Assembly: GCF_009914755.1 (NCBI RefSeq)
Contig: NC_060929.1
From: the human T2T-CHM13v2.0 reference genome, Homo sapiens
Reading direction: 5' to 3' (one strand)
DNA length: 64,000 nucleotides
In this document: positions 1 through 18,229 of the stretch, piece by piece
Layout of the letters: each line of letters starts with the position of its first letter
Position numbering within the stretch: the first letter of the stretch is position 1
Translations under genes and position numbers: made by a program
Notes under the pieces: model-generated
Told to the model about the DNA's origin: nothing
The model's database searches: none
The model's input: the letters and a program-made list of their open reading frames with translations, nothing else

Positions 1-256
1 TCCAGGGGCAGGCAGCAGCTGGGAGCAGGTGCCTATTCAGAGCACTACACAAGGCCCAGGAGGACAGGAAGACTTGGGGCTTGTTTAGGGACCCGCCACC
101 GCAAGGCACCTGGGTGTTCACAGAATGAGCAAAGAGAGCACACTGGGGAGCAAGGATGAGTTCTGACAGATGGAAGGCCACCCTGAGCCCAGTAGGGCCT
201 TTACATTTGCCACATAGCAGGTGTGCAAGATAGTAAGTAAGAAGGTCCATTTGTGA

Positions 257-1023
<767 letters not shown>

Positions 1024-1345
1024 TAAAACCATCACAGAGAGCAGAGGGAGGAGCGGGAGGATTTGGGAAACACTGAGGGAGAAGCATAGATGGACTTAGT
1101 CTCCACTCGGGGTGGAGAATGAGGGAACAAAAAAGCCTGGGAGGTGCCTTCAGGGTGTCTGGCTCAAGGGAGCAGGTGGAGGTGATATTTGCTGAGCCAG
1201 GAATCTGGGAGAAGTGGCATTTGTTTTGGGACAAGTTGCATTTCAATCTAAATTAGTTGGAGACCTACCATGTGCCCAGCCAGATCCTCCCTTTGTTTGC
1301 AAAGCCTTAGATTGCTAGATCATTTCCAAGGCCTGGCAGCACAAA

Positions 1346-1399
1346 GCCCCAGGCCTTCCCAGGTGAGTTGCTGCCCCAGGCCTTCCCAGGTGAGTTGCT
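1346..1399. repeat. 27-bp perfect tandem duplication
   Basis: gccccaggccttcccaggtgagttgct x2. Confidence 0.95.
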
Positions 1400-2112
1400 T
1401 TTGGCGGAGGCATCTGCTGGTGGGGCCTCAAGGGCCACTGATACCCTAACTTTCACCCCAAGAAACCCACTCCATGAGGGAGCTCAGAGGCCAGAACAGA
1501 GAATACAGGTTGTTGTTGACATAAGAGGAAAAACCAGGCTTCCTGTTTGAACTTATGCAGGTACTGGAAGCTCTGAGTAATGCTGAATCTTGTCTTGCCC
1601 CAAAGGCGGCCTGCGGTGGGGGCTTCTCACAATTGCTCTCAAGAGTGGCTTTCAAGCATTTGCTTACAGGGGACGTGAGGCCCGGCCAGTGGGTGCTGCA
1701 TAGAAAAACACTGCATCCATGTAGAGAGGCCACAAGATGTGTGACATCAAAGCCGGCTGAGCATTGGCCTCTCTCAGGCCACTCACTGTGGTCATTTGCC
1801 CTCGATAAGAACCCATCGTCAGACACGAAGGATTTCTCACATGTCCGGTGGCCACTTTCACAGTCCCTGGTGGCCTTTACTCCCACAAAACAGACTATTT
1901 CTAGGCCCTTGGACACTGGGATTGTCTCCTTTTGCCCGGCCTGGGGTCGAGCCAGTGAGAGATGCCAGGGCCCAGGACTCACTCTGGGCCAGAAAAGCTG
2001 GCCTGCATTGCGTGAACTCCCTGTGGGACCTGGGGCAGAGCCCTTGGTCTCTCCCAGCCCCAGACCCCTGTCTGTAATGGGACCTTGCAGTGAAACAAAA
2101 ACTGCAAGCCTC

Positions 2113-2240
2113 CACGGAGGTACAGTACCACGGGCAGGTTAAGTCACGGAGGTACAGTACCACGGGCAGGTTAAGTCACCGAGGTACCATACCGTGAGCA
2201 GGTTAAGTCGCGGAGGTACAGTATCATGGGCAGGTTAAGT
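2113..2240. repeat. 32-bp minisatellite x4
   Basis: Unit cacggaggtacagtaccacgggcaggttaagt; copies 1-2 identical, copies 3-4 diverged. Confidence 0.95.
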
Positions 2241-2377
2241 GTTGGGGCACCAACAACATGAGTTGACATTTATTGTGCTCTTACCACCCACCAGACTGGG
2301 CTAGTGCTGTATCTCATTTAAGTCTCACAACAATATTCCTGGACATGGTTCTATTCTAAAACAAACATTTGTTCATA

Positions 2378-2447
2378 TTTTTCAACTTTATTGAGGTATA
2401 ATCGAAGTCTACTGAGCTATACATATTTAAAGTGTATAACTGACAAG
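2378..2447 (-). mobile_element. L1M 3' end fragment (left part, split by the STMP1 retrocopy)
   Basis: ttttcaactttattgaggtataat...catatttaaagtgtataac is a typical reverse L1M 3' terminus; continues at 3741. Confidence 0.65.
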
Positions 2448-2450
2448 AGG

Positions 2451-3740
<1,290 letters not shown>

Positions 3741-4575
3741 CGATAAGTTTGAACATGTTTACACCCGTGCAGCTATTACTACAATCGATATGATAGACAT
3801 CTCCAGCACTCCCAAGAGTTTTCTTGTGCTTCTTTGTAATGCATTCCTCCTTCCTTCCACCCCAATCCTCAGGCAACCACTGATCTGCTTTCTGTCAATA
3901 TAGATTCCTTTATGTTTTCTAGAGTCTTGTATAATTAAATTATACACTATGAACTCTCTTTTGCCTGGATTTTTTCATTCAACATAATTATTGTGAGATT
4001 TATCCATGTTGTTACACATACCAATAGTGAATTCCTTTTGATCACTGAATACTACTCCATTGCATGGATATGCCACAATATCTTTATCCACTCATTTATT
4101 GGTAGACATTATGGTTGTTTCTAGCTTTGGGCTATTATAAATAAAGTTGCTATAAACATTTGTGTAGAAATCTTTGGGTGGACATGTTTTAATTTCCATT
4201 GGGTGAATATCTAGGAGTAGAATGTCTGGATCATATAATAGATACATGTTTATCTTTTCAAGGAACTGCCAAACTGTTATCCAAATTGGTTTTATATTCA
4301 TATCAGCAATATAACTGCTTCACCTCCTTGCCAACACCTGGTATGGTCAGTTCGGGTTTTCTTTTGTTTCATTTTGTTTTTCAGCTATTCTAATGGATGC
4401 AGTAGTGGTACCTCATTGTGGTTTTAATCTGCATTTCCCTGATGACTAATGACGTTGAGCATCTTTTCATGTGCTTGTCAGCCATTCCTATATATATGTC
4501 ATCAGGGAAATGCAGATTAATATTACATCTATATATATAAAAACTTTTTTGGTGAAATGTCTGTATAAATCTTAG
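3741..4575 (-). mobile_element. Old L1M (L1MB/MC-like) 3' region, continuation
   Basis: Typical reverse L1M phrases: caaccactgatctgctttctgtc, ttatccactcatttattggtagacatt, gaactgccaaactgtt, gttttaatctgcatttccctgatgactaatga. Confidence 0.8.
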
Positions 4576-4673
4576 CATCTCTGAAACTGAGATGCATCTT
4601 ACAATTGATGGCTTTTATAGCTAAACTGGCAAGTAATGCCTTTCCTTTTGTGGTATGACATAAAATATGGTAA

Positions 4674-5130
<457 letters not shown>

Positions 5131-6595
5131 TAAATGTCGCATTATCCTGCATGGTTAGAAGAATCATGACCAAGTTTGTGGTCAGTGGGGAAAACTGTAC
5201 TTCTGTGCTCTAAGCGCTATGTCAAAGAGCTCTGGAATGTCCAGGCTCCAGACTTCCAGGCCTCAGCTGGCCGTGGTACCCCTCTGCACAGATGTCTCCA
5301 CTATGAGCCTTCAACTGGCAAGGACTTACCAAAAGCAACTATGTGCCAGGCTAGGGTGTGGAGCAGACAGGATGCAGTCTCTGGCCTGTAGGACTCAGAG
5401 TCCAGAGAGGGAGACAAGAGAGACCCAGAGGACAGACACTTAGCAGAGGCTGGGAATGCTCCAGTGAGGGAAGAGTGGCCACGGGCCTGAGCAGTCCTCC
5501 AGTGCTTTGTGACCAGGATAAATAAGTCGAGGTGGAGTGGTGCAGAGGTCCCAGGCTTTTTAAGCCCTAAGGTTCAATCCTGGCTCCAGCCCTTATGAGC
5601 TGTGTGATCTCAGGCATGTGGCATGAGCCTCATTTTCCTCATCTGTAAAATAGGGGGCAAATTATGCTATCAGCGGTATTTTTATTCTCACTTTACAGAT
5701 GAGAAAACAAACTTAGAGATGATTAAATAAGAAAATGCATGTAGAGCACTTGGCTCAAACACAGTGTCCTCTGGCTTTAAAGGATAGCTAGGGATCAGGT
5801 TGGCAGGGAGGAGGAATGAGAGGATCCCAAGAAAGGAAACCTGTTGATCTAAGGCAGGGAGTGTGGACACAGAGGGGAGGTGCCGAGGTAGGAAGAGTCT
5901 ACTGGAGTATTGATTCCAGGGCCTCCTCCTCTGAAAGGCCTTGTAGGGGCCTCCGGGAGCAGCTCCTGAATCCTGCCCAGTGTTCTATGTTGGGCCGAGA
6001 GCTGAGCTACTGGAGCTGCATGGGGTAAGGAGTCTCAGAGGGCCAGACACTCCAAGCCAGACCCTGGAACTGGCCCGAACTTTGGTCTAAGCAGGTGTCA
6101 TGGCCATTAGAATGCTTGGCCCTCCAGGGTGGCATGGTTGGGGGGTCCCTGCTGATGGGGCTGCCCACAAGACAGTGGTCCAGAGGTCCCCACATGCCTG
6201 CTCAGGTCCTGGCTACCTCCAGCCTGCTGTGGTTCCCATGGCTAGCCACTTCAACTCTCTGTGCCTCAGTTTCCCCATCTCTCAAATGGGAATGGGAAAA
6301 CATGGCAGGCCTGCCTGCCTTCCCAACCCACAGAGCTGTGGTGGGGATTGAATGAGCTGCTGAAAGCATGTGAATGGGCTTCAAAACCTGCCAGGGGTTA
6401 GGCTGATGCAAATCCAAGGCAATCCAGGGAATAACAGAACTATGAACTGTCACGCCTGGCAGAGACCCTAAAGAGATTTTACTGTGACACTGGCATTTTC
6501 CTGATGAAGAAATTGAGTCCCAGAGATCTAAAGTAGCTGACCTAGTGTCACACAGCCAGTAGGCCAGGATTCAACCCACAGTTTGACTAATGTAA

Positions 6596-7001
<406 letters not shown>

Positions 7002-7226
7002 CGAGATGATCCCTCTTAAGAAACCTGGGAAGCCACTGATTTCAGTACAAAGCTTGGAGGTCTTTGAACATGCCTGGTCTCTTCAGACACAATTATGGGA
7101 CCTCCTCCAGAAGCCCTCCTTTGGCCTCAGGGTTCTTTCTGCAGCTGCTGCTCAAATCGTTCTTACCTTATCTGTAAAATGGGCAGAGAACACCTCAGGG
7201 GTTTGCATGGGCTGCCATATTGGTCA

Positions 7227-8154
<928 letters not shown>

Positions 8155-8199
8155 TTAATTAAGGAAAACAGATGGGCATGAACGTGTAGATTCTTGACA

Positions 8200-8980
8200 G
8201 CTTTTGCCAAAGGAAAAACAGCTGTTTCTAGGACGTTTCCCACCATTTTCCTCCTGTCCCAGGACCTCCTTCTGATCAATGCCTGGTGCTTTTTTCTTCT
8301 CCTTCTTTTTCTTCCTTCTTCTTTCTTCCTTCTTCCTTCCCCTTCCCCTTCCCCTTCTCCTTCTTTTCTTGGGTGTTGGGGGATGCCAAATCTCCAGTAC
8401 AGGCAGCACAGAGGAGAATTTCACAGACTCAGCACATTCCCATCCCACTACTCAAAAATTCGGGTACCCGATTTTCCCTTGTGACGTTCATCTTAATGGT
8501 GAGCACAAGGTACAGTGAGTGGTTTTGAAGGCAGATTCCTTATCATGGAGCGTTATCTGCACCATCAAAGTACACTTGAAGAAAAAAGCAGTTTCAACAT
8601 CAAACCTGAAGGTTTGACTGTTGAAAGGAAGAGCCAGGACAAAGCAACCACAGCTTTTATCACAAATTCATGAGGGCGGCGTGCGGTGGGAATACTACAT
8701 TTTGGGCCTGCTGCTGAGAATGCCTCCACTGCCTTTGAACAAAAAACAAACCATGCTGTGGAAATTGCCGGTAATTGTCTTTACCTACGGTTTCAGAGGG
8801 CGCACACCGGGCCTTGTGGTTGTGGGTGCCGTTTCATGCTGGGGTTCGCGTCCCTCCTCTGTTTGGCATAAAGAGAGTGGAACAGATCAGGCCCTCAGAT
8901 CTGTGTGCACCTGCGGTCGCTGCAAGGAGGGGAGGCGGATTGCTGAGATAAGGCAACAATGGAAAGTTTCTCACCTGAAA
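8200..8980. promoter_or_regulatory. Candidate distal TCF7 enhancer (about 28 kb upstream)
   Basis: Non-repetitive stretch with RBPJ (8236-8243, 8686-8692), RUNX (8646-8652, 8815-8821), TCF (8564-8570, 8732-8739), GATA, E-box and NFAT motifs. Confidence 0.55.
8289..8370. repeat. Polypyrimidine (CTT/CCCTT) low-complexity tract
   Basis: About 80 nt containing only C and T on the + strand. Confidence 0.9.
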
Positions 8981-9183
8981 GGTCCGGGGAAGAGCCAGGA
9001 GGCCTGGGTGCTGGGGAGACTCATCTACCCCAGAAAAATAGGGAGTGGAGAGGAAGCCAGCCCACAGCCCAACCCCCTCCACTGAGGAACCCCGACCCCA
9101 CAAGCCTCACTTTCTCAAATGGTTTCTTCAACATCAACACCCAGGGATTCCTTGCACCCACTGAAAGGCAGTACTCGCCTTCA

Positions 9184-9837
<654 letters not shown>

Positions 9838-10234
9838 AGCAGCGCTGACAACTACTTGATGAGGGAAAAAGCAGAAAATCTCTGAGCAAGGGAACCTGTC
9901 CCCAGAGCCCCCAACAAAACCCATCACAGGTCCCAGTGCTGGACTAGGCACAGGGTGGGCCAGGTGCTACTGAAAAGGGGGCCCCCAAGGCCTACTGAGC
10001 TTCCAAGCTCTCTGGGGGTCAGGAAGCCCCACTAGCCTGTGACTCCATCAGTCTTAGGGCAGGCCTAGGCCTGAGCCAGGCTGGGAGAGACAGCTGGAAG
10101 GGGGCTGACCACAGGCATGGAGGAGGCAAGGGAGAGCATTCCAGGGGTACCAGTGGCCAAAAATGAGACAGAGAAGGAGGCAAACTGGGGAAGGTGCCAG
10201 GCTCAATCATTCAATGCCTGTTTTTGTTTTCTTA

Positions 10235-10630
10235 ACCCTTTTTATTGTGAAAAGAAAAACACTCAGGAAAAGCACATAAAGCATAAATGTATAACTTAAT
10301 GAATTATGACAAAGTGAACACTTATGTAGCCACCTCCAGGATCAAGAAATAGAGCATGGCCTGTCCCCTGGAAATGTCCCACCTACATCTTTCCCCCTTG
10401 CTCCTCACTGAAGGTTACCACTATTACCACTATTCCAACTTAGGGTAATTGCTTGCAACATTCCAAGTTTTCCCCCAAGCTTACCTCTCCCCTAACACCA
10501 TGGAATAGACTGTCCGGTTGTGAACTTCATACGAATGGACTCAATCACACACATCCATTCAGCTTTTGCACCACATATTATGCTGAAGGTTCATCCACGC
10601 TGTTGCATGCAGCCATGGTTCCTTCATCAT
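10235..10630 (-). mobile_element. Degenerate L1ME-like fragment
   Basis: ttttattgtgaaa...ttaatgaattatgacaaagtgaacac...gatcaagaaatagagcat...tttgaacttcata-like, gttcatccacgctgttgcatg. Confidence 0.6.
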
Positions 10631-11311
10631 CATGGCAGCTGGCCCCTTTGCCTACTTTGATGCCCTAATTCTCAGTTTGCAAGAAGCTAAGACTGTGGGA
10701 GCCCAGAGTCCTGCCTTGCCTGCACCAGCCAGGGGTGCCCAGCCTGCCACAGGCTCTAGGGCTTTGCCTGGACTTGCTTTTCTCCAGATGGCCACCTGCA
10801 GGGACAGGCAAGGACAAAGAGCAGAGTGCTCCCAACCGTCTCTGCAAAGCTTTGCATAGGGGCACACCCCAGGCTCTGAGCTGCTCGCCCCAGCCTCAGC
10901 GCAGATGACTGATGAGGACAGTAATCTATGGCTGCTCTGCCAGCTCCGAAACCAGCTGGGCACTGGGACCAAGCAATAAACCAGGCACATCCCAAATGAG
11001 AAGTAGGTGGCTTCTTAGGACCATATTTCTCAACATCCTGCCCTTATGGTTTGCCCCTTATCCAATGTGGTTCCCATTTGAAGGAGCCTATAACCCATAT
11101 GAAAAATGATAGAAATTACAGCTCGCCATCCCAGCCTGGCTGTTTAGGATATTGGAAGAAACATTAAGGCAGGGCTGCCCTGATTAAAAGGTAGAGGCAC
11201 TGAGGAGAGGTGGGGGGAGCCAGGCAACCCCCCATCATGCCTTTCCCTGCTCCCTTCTGCATGCAGAGTAGCCAGTTCACCTCTCCCAGGTACCTTTGAA
11301 AATGTGGCTCA

Positions 11312-11783
<472 letters not shown>

Positions 11784-13966
11784 CTAGGTCCCACCTCCGA
11801 GCACTATCCATGCTGCCTGAATGTCCTCTCACCTACCCAAGGTTTGCCCTTCCCAGGCCCCAGGAGCTACTCTAATTCTTCGTGGAATATTCCTGGGTGG
11901 TTGGTTCAGAGACCCACTGATGTTCTGCCCCCAAACGCCTGGCGTTTCTCCTCTTCTGAACCACACCAATTAGCCTTGATTACAGAATGGACGCATTGTT
12001 CTCTAACAGTTTCATATGTGCAAGCCCCAAATCCCCAGATGGGAAGGGTGCGTGGATGGTGAGGGTGGAGCTAAGCCAAGCCTCTGCTTCTCTCTGGGCC
12101 TCAGTTTTTCCATCTCTGAAAGAAGGAGATGGCACAGAGACTCCATAAGCCCCCTTCCCCACAACCATGAAATGCTTTGGCCTGGTTCTCTGGTCTTCAG
12201 GAAAGATAAGTGATGATTGGCTGTCCTCCCACCCTCAGCCTCCACCCTTGGGCCCCGTGCCAGCAAACCTGCTCCCACCAACCTCCGCTCAAGGTCGCAG
12301 CCCTTGGCCTCCACCCCCAGCCCCACCCCCTGCCACTGAAAGGCAGCACTGGGGCAAACATCCTAAACCACCGAATGCTTCTAAAAATATGGTGTTTTTG
12401 TCAGAGAGCAACCTTCTACTTCCTTCAGGCTTTGATCTCCATGCAACCCACGGAGGAGAAGACACACTTACAATAACAGTTTAAAGCCTTCATCTTCCTT
12501 TGGGGTCTACCTCTCAAGGATTTTGAATCCCCAGCTGGGTGGTGGTAACCTATGGTCCTTCTGAGCATGCTCAGATCCAACTGCAGTGGCTCAGAGACTT
12601 CATACAGCTGGTCCTACCCCTGATCTGTGGTCAGGAAGAAAAGTCCAGAACAGAGAGGCTTCCAGGGCACAAAGTGGCCACGGAACACTATGCAAGTTTA
12701 TAAGGCCCTTTACTATCTGCACTCTAGGGAGAAAAATTAAGGCCATAGGGTAGGGCAGAATAAAATCAGTGCTCAAGCACAGAAATGGGCTGTGAAAAAG
12801 GAATGGAGGGTCTAACTCTAGCACAGTCCCTGGACAGCACAGACAATAAGTATTTGTTGAACTTTTCATGAAGATCAAGAAATAGAGCACGGCTTGTGCC
12901 CTGGAAATGCTCCCTGTCCCACCCACATCCTTCCCCCTTCCTCACTGAAGGTTACCACTATTCCAACGTAGGGTAACCACTTAGAACATTCCAGGTTTTC
13001 CCCCTAACTTGCCTATCCCCTAACACCACAGAATCATCATGCGTGGTCAGATTATATATGACTGGGCAGATGGGGAAAGTTCTTCACACAACATTGTGAA
13101 CTGGACATTGGAAGGATGTCGATCGATGGGGACAGAGAAGTAAAGGGATTTCCTGGCAAAGGGAAGAGCATGGGCAAAGGCTGGGCCACACTGAGCAAGA
13201 AAAGCACAAATGCACACCATATTTGGCAGAAATAGAAGTATGGAAACTCTCCCACTAGGTCTGCAGACACATGAGCTCTTGCTGCCCTGCTGGAAACACA
13301 GGTACAAGCAGAAAAAACAGAGACAGTGATAAAAGGATCATCTATAAACAGACTGTGTACCAGGCGCCGTTCTAAGCACTGACCACGTGGGTCCTGACAA
13401 CAGAACTGAGTTGTCATTGTCCACATTTTTCCTAGAGGGAAACAGAGCTTCAGAGAGGGGATGTTCTTTGGCCCCAGATTAGTGACAGAGCCAGATCTGA
13501 AATCATGCAATCCAGCTCCTGATGAATAAGCCCACGCAGGCTGCACTGAGCCTTCATGCAGGCTGGGTGTGTGCTTGGTAAGTCAGATCCTGGCCTTCCT
13601 GCTTCAGCAGGTGTCCAGGGAATAACCCCAGTGCCCATGTACTCAGGTCTCCTTTGCGCCACTCTCTGCTCGTTGCTTCCTTTAGTCTGCCAGCAACCCT
13701 TGAACTAAGTCCTGGTGTTTGTTATCAAAACCAGATGAGGAACCAAGGCTCATTGTGATTAACTCACATAGTTACTAAGTGGTAGAGTGGGGATCTGAAC
13801 TCAGATCCCTTAATCCAAATCCTGTGCCCCTAACTTCTGTATTCTAAGGCCTCTCTAAATTTCACCCCCTGCCTGGGAATTCCAGACTGTGAGTAATTCA
13901 AACATGTCTGAAAAAGTCAAAATCACTATAATTTCCTAAAGACTTTAATAGAGGCAGAACATCTCA

Positions 13967-14484
<518 letters not shown>

Positions 14485-16061
14485 TTAGGTTACTATAGAT
14501 TTGCACGCAAGTCTTCCCTCTCCATTGCAACCCTTGCCACTTCTCAGAGACCAGCGGAGCTGCTAGAATTTCCTTGTCTGGTGGTTCACAGCTTTGACCA
14601 AGGTTTGCCAAAGACACCTGCAGCAAAGGCCTCTTTCAAGCTAATGCACAATCATCCTTCCATGGGGATAAAGGTGATTTGTGGATTCATGACCCTGAGT
14701 CATAAATCTACCAGCAATCTGCTGCAGTTGGAAACAGCAGCTTTCTGGCCCTTGGCAAGCCTGCATGTACTTGTGAGTCATCTGAGCACAGGTGCATTTC
14801 AATTGATAGAACTGGATATGGGTCCTGAAAGGTTAGATGTAAAGAGAACCTCATTTCAAATGCCCTGGGGGAAGCCCTTGGCTTCCTAGAATGGGTAATA
14901 CCACTGCCTGGCTTTTGAGTGCAGTTATATACTGATGTATTGGGAGTGTGAGGTATGGTGAGGAAGGTGTGCACAGTGGCAAGACTGACACACACGCATA
15001 TAAGTGTGTGTGTGTGTGTCCAGAATGGCCCAGGTTGTGTTCCTTTAGAGCGGTGTCCCAGAGCTGTGCAACATGGTAGCCATGCATATGTTTATAGCAT
15101 GTCCACAGGAAAACAGACCAGGCCATGCACTCCAGGCCAGGGCAGGCTGTCCCCTCATGATGCAAAGCAGAGAATCCCATCTCTGGCCAAGCCCAACAGA
15201 CCTGTAATTTCCTGGCTGGCTGGTGATGTCTTTCCACAGGGTCTGACCAGGCTTCCCAGATGTGACTTCAGATGTGCACTGGTGTCAAGAGCGTGAGCCG
15301 GCAGAGAGAAGCATTCCAGATCTTCCGTCCAGGTTCTTCGATCAGGCTCAAAGCAGTGGGCTGGGTACAGGTCAGCCCTGAGCATACATGGCTCCACCTG
15401 CACCCACAGAGTTCTAGGGGGAGTGGAGGCGAGGGTACCACTCTCTGCTGCCCAGAGGACTGAGCCCAGGAAGAAACAGGTTGCTGAGCTGATACTCCCC
15501 AGAGAGGGATGGAAAGTGGCCAAGGCAGCCCCTCTCTTGTGGGCCTTTCCCTATTCTGGGAAGCACTGTGAGATACCTTTGAATGTCCCCCAGCTGTGAG
15601 TCTCCTGTCTGCCTCATCTGAGAGTAATTGTTACTTTCCTGCAATCTGTAGCATCAACCCCACTGAAATACCCCAGAGACCAGAGCTGTGTGATCCTGGA
15701 CTCCATGAGGCCAGTGAGCGGTGAAGTGGGGGGCGGTGGGTGGAAGGCAGGTGCCCTGCTTCTTGGCTTAATGCAAAGTCAACAGGCTTGAGCACTGCCT
15801 CATCCAAGCAAGCACGAAGCTATTCCTGCCAGAGCACTTGGATCCTTCCTGCAGGTGCAGGTCATTCGCGTTCCAGGCAGCTCTGGGCCCTGGCCTCCAT
15901 ACTGCATACCTGGGCAGTCAGAGGGAGTGCCTGATGGATATCTGCCCTGCCTTGTCTGTCTTCCCATCAGGGTCCAGCCCAGGTAGCGGAACGACGACAG
16001 AGTTTCTTCCATATCAAACTCTGGTCGGTTAGAGGAGCAACAGAATGAAAAGACATGAAAT

Positions 16062-16409
<348 letters not shown>

Positions 16410-16841
16410 CTAATGCCAACGAGCAGCCTGCAGAGTAGGGAGGAGCTGCCCTGGGCCCCACAGCTGCCATGTCCAGGGCAAAGTACACACTGATGGGGCT
16501 GCCAGGGCCACTGCTGGGCTCCTGCCCAGACTGCAAAGGCCTGGGGAAACCCAAGGAAATGTCTTCAATTTAACCAAGAACTCTGAGTTTCCCACGTACA
16601 TGCTGCAGAACCCAAGAGTCACCCCATTTGGGAGCATCAGTTCCTCCACATGTCCAGTTTCCTTTTCTAGCATTTCCCAAGGGGAACTCCACAAAATGCC
16701 AATAGACGTGCCATGTAAAAAAGGTGGTGTGGTCAAATACATTTGGAAAATTTGAGATTAAATAAAACGGTTGTTTTCTAAGCAGAATATCTCAGTGCCT
16801 TTATTTAACATGCAAATATACGTCTCAAAAATCCAAGAGGA

Positions 16842-17126
16842 GGCTGGGCACAATAACACACACCTATAATCCCAGCAGTTTGGGAGGCTGAGGCAGGAGG
16901 CTCATCTGATGCCAGGAGTTCGAGACCAGCCTGGGCACTACAGGGAGATCCCATCTCTACAAAAAATTTTTAAAATTAGCCGGGTATGGTGGCTCGTGCC
17001 TATAGTCCCTGCTACTCAGGAGGCTGAGGTGGGGTGATTGCTTGAGCCCAGGAGATTGAGCCTGCAGTGAGCTATGATTGCATCACTGCACCCCAGCCTA
17101 GGCAGCAGAGTGAGACTCTGTCTCAG

Positions 17127-17169
<43 letters not shown>

Positions 17170-17170
17170 A
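16842..17170 (+). mobile_element. AluJ-like with (TAAA)n tail, inserted in a probable hAT-Charlie-type MITE (about 16665-17215)
   Basis: Alu consensus; TSD aaatccaagagga; flanks (gtggtcaaatacatttggaaa, ctcagtgcctttat) resemble a Charlie-family MER, subfamily uncertain. Confidence 0.8.
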
Positions 17171-17357
17171 TCCAAGAGGAAGACAGAGTGGACTGTTTGC
17201 CAGATGTAATCTAACTTTTTCTCATAGACTATCACAAGACTGGGGTTTATTGGAATCCTTGGGTGGCCTTCCTCTATACCTAACGTTGCCATCCCCTCCC
17301 ACTGCCCAATGATCCTAGTGAGCTGGGAGAGGCGAGCTGAGGCGCAGGACTCTAGGA

Positions 17358-17552
17358 CTGCACTGCCCAGTTTAGCAGCTACCAGCCACACGTGGCTATT
17401 TACATTTAAATTCACTGCAACTAAATCAAACGTAAAGTGCAGTTCCTCGGTCACACCAGCCCCACTGTAAACGCTCAATGGCCACATGTGGCTAGTGGCT
17501 ACTGTACTGGACAACACAGAGAACAATTTCCATCACTGCAGAAAGTTCTGGA
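17358..17552 (-). mobile_element. MER3 (hAT-Charlie) DNA transposon
   Basis: gccacatgtggctagtggctactgtactggaca...tttccatcactgcagaaagttct and agccacacgtggctattt match the MER3 consensus in reverse. Confidence 0.8.
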
Positions 17553-18229
17553 GGAATGGTGCTTGTCTACCTTCTAGAGAGGCTGGGAGACAAGCCCAGA
17601 GCCATAGAGAAATTCTAGGAAAGAGCCAAACCAGCTTCACCCTCCCGCTCTCAGCTTCAGAATCTGAGAACCAAGCTCCCTTGAGACCGATAAGCCATGG
17701 GCGCCAGCCACCGAGTCAGACTCTATCCCGCGTGCCAGAGGAGTTTCACTGAAACTGCAAGGAAGTGCGTGTTTCCTTTCCCCAGGGCCCGGGATTGTGC
17801 GGGGCAGCCCCTGACTCCCCCGCCTTGGTTCCCTCCTAGGGGCTTCCTCCTCAGCCCTCCCCAGGCCCCACTGACACTGCCGAGGGCAATGAGTCCTGGA
17901 AGAGGGAAGGGAGGAGTTGCGCTCCTCTCTCCAGTGCTCCTTTGTGGAGTCCCAGTCCCAGAGTGCCCTCACCCTCCATGCCAGGTGACAAGGCATCTAA
18001 AAGATTGCCTCTGCCCCCAGCCAGGGACCGGGCCCACAGCTTGACTGAGCAGCCCCGGCTGCAGGATTTAGGGCAGCTTCTAGGAGCTGTCTCTGCCAGG
18101 GCTCTCAGCATTATCCAATCCCAGTCTTGGGGAAGGGGGTTGTGGGCCACACGATCTCTCCTTTATCTAGCCAACTAAGGATGATCTGCTCTCACACCCC
18201 TGCCTTCCCCCTTTCTATGCTTATCTATA

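Noticed and set aside
1555-2142. 195-aa + strand ORF, and similar long ORFs at 8621-9085, 34671-35258 and 51152-51757
   Set aside because: No recognisable domain, splice structure or codon bias; expected by chance in GC-rich human DNA
2113-2240. 32-bp repeats with a palindrome resembling a CRISPR array
   Set aside because: Head-to-tail copies without unique spacers, no cas genes, human context; it is a minisatellite
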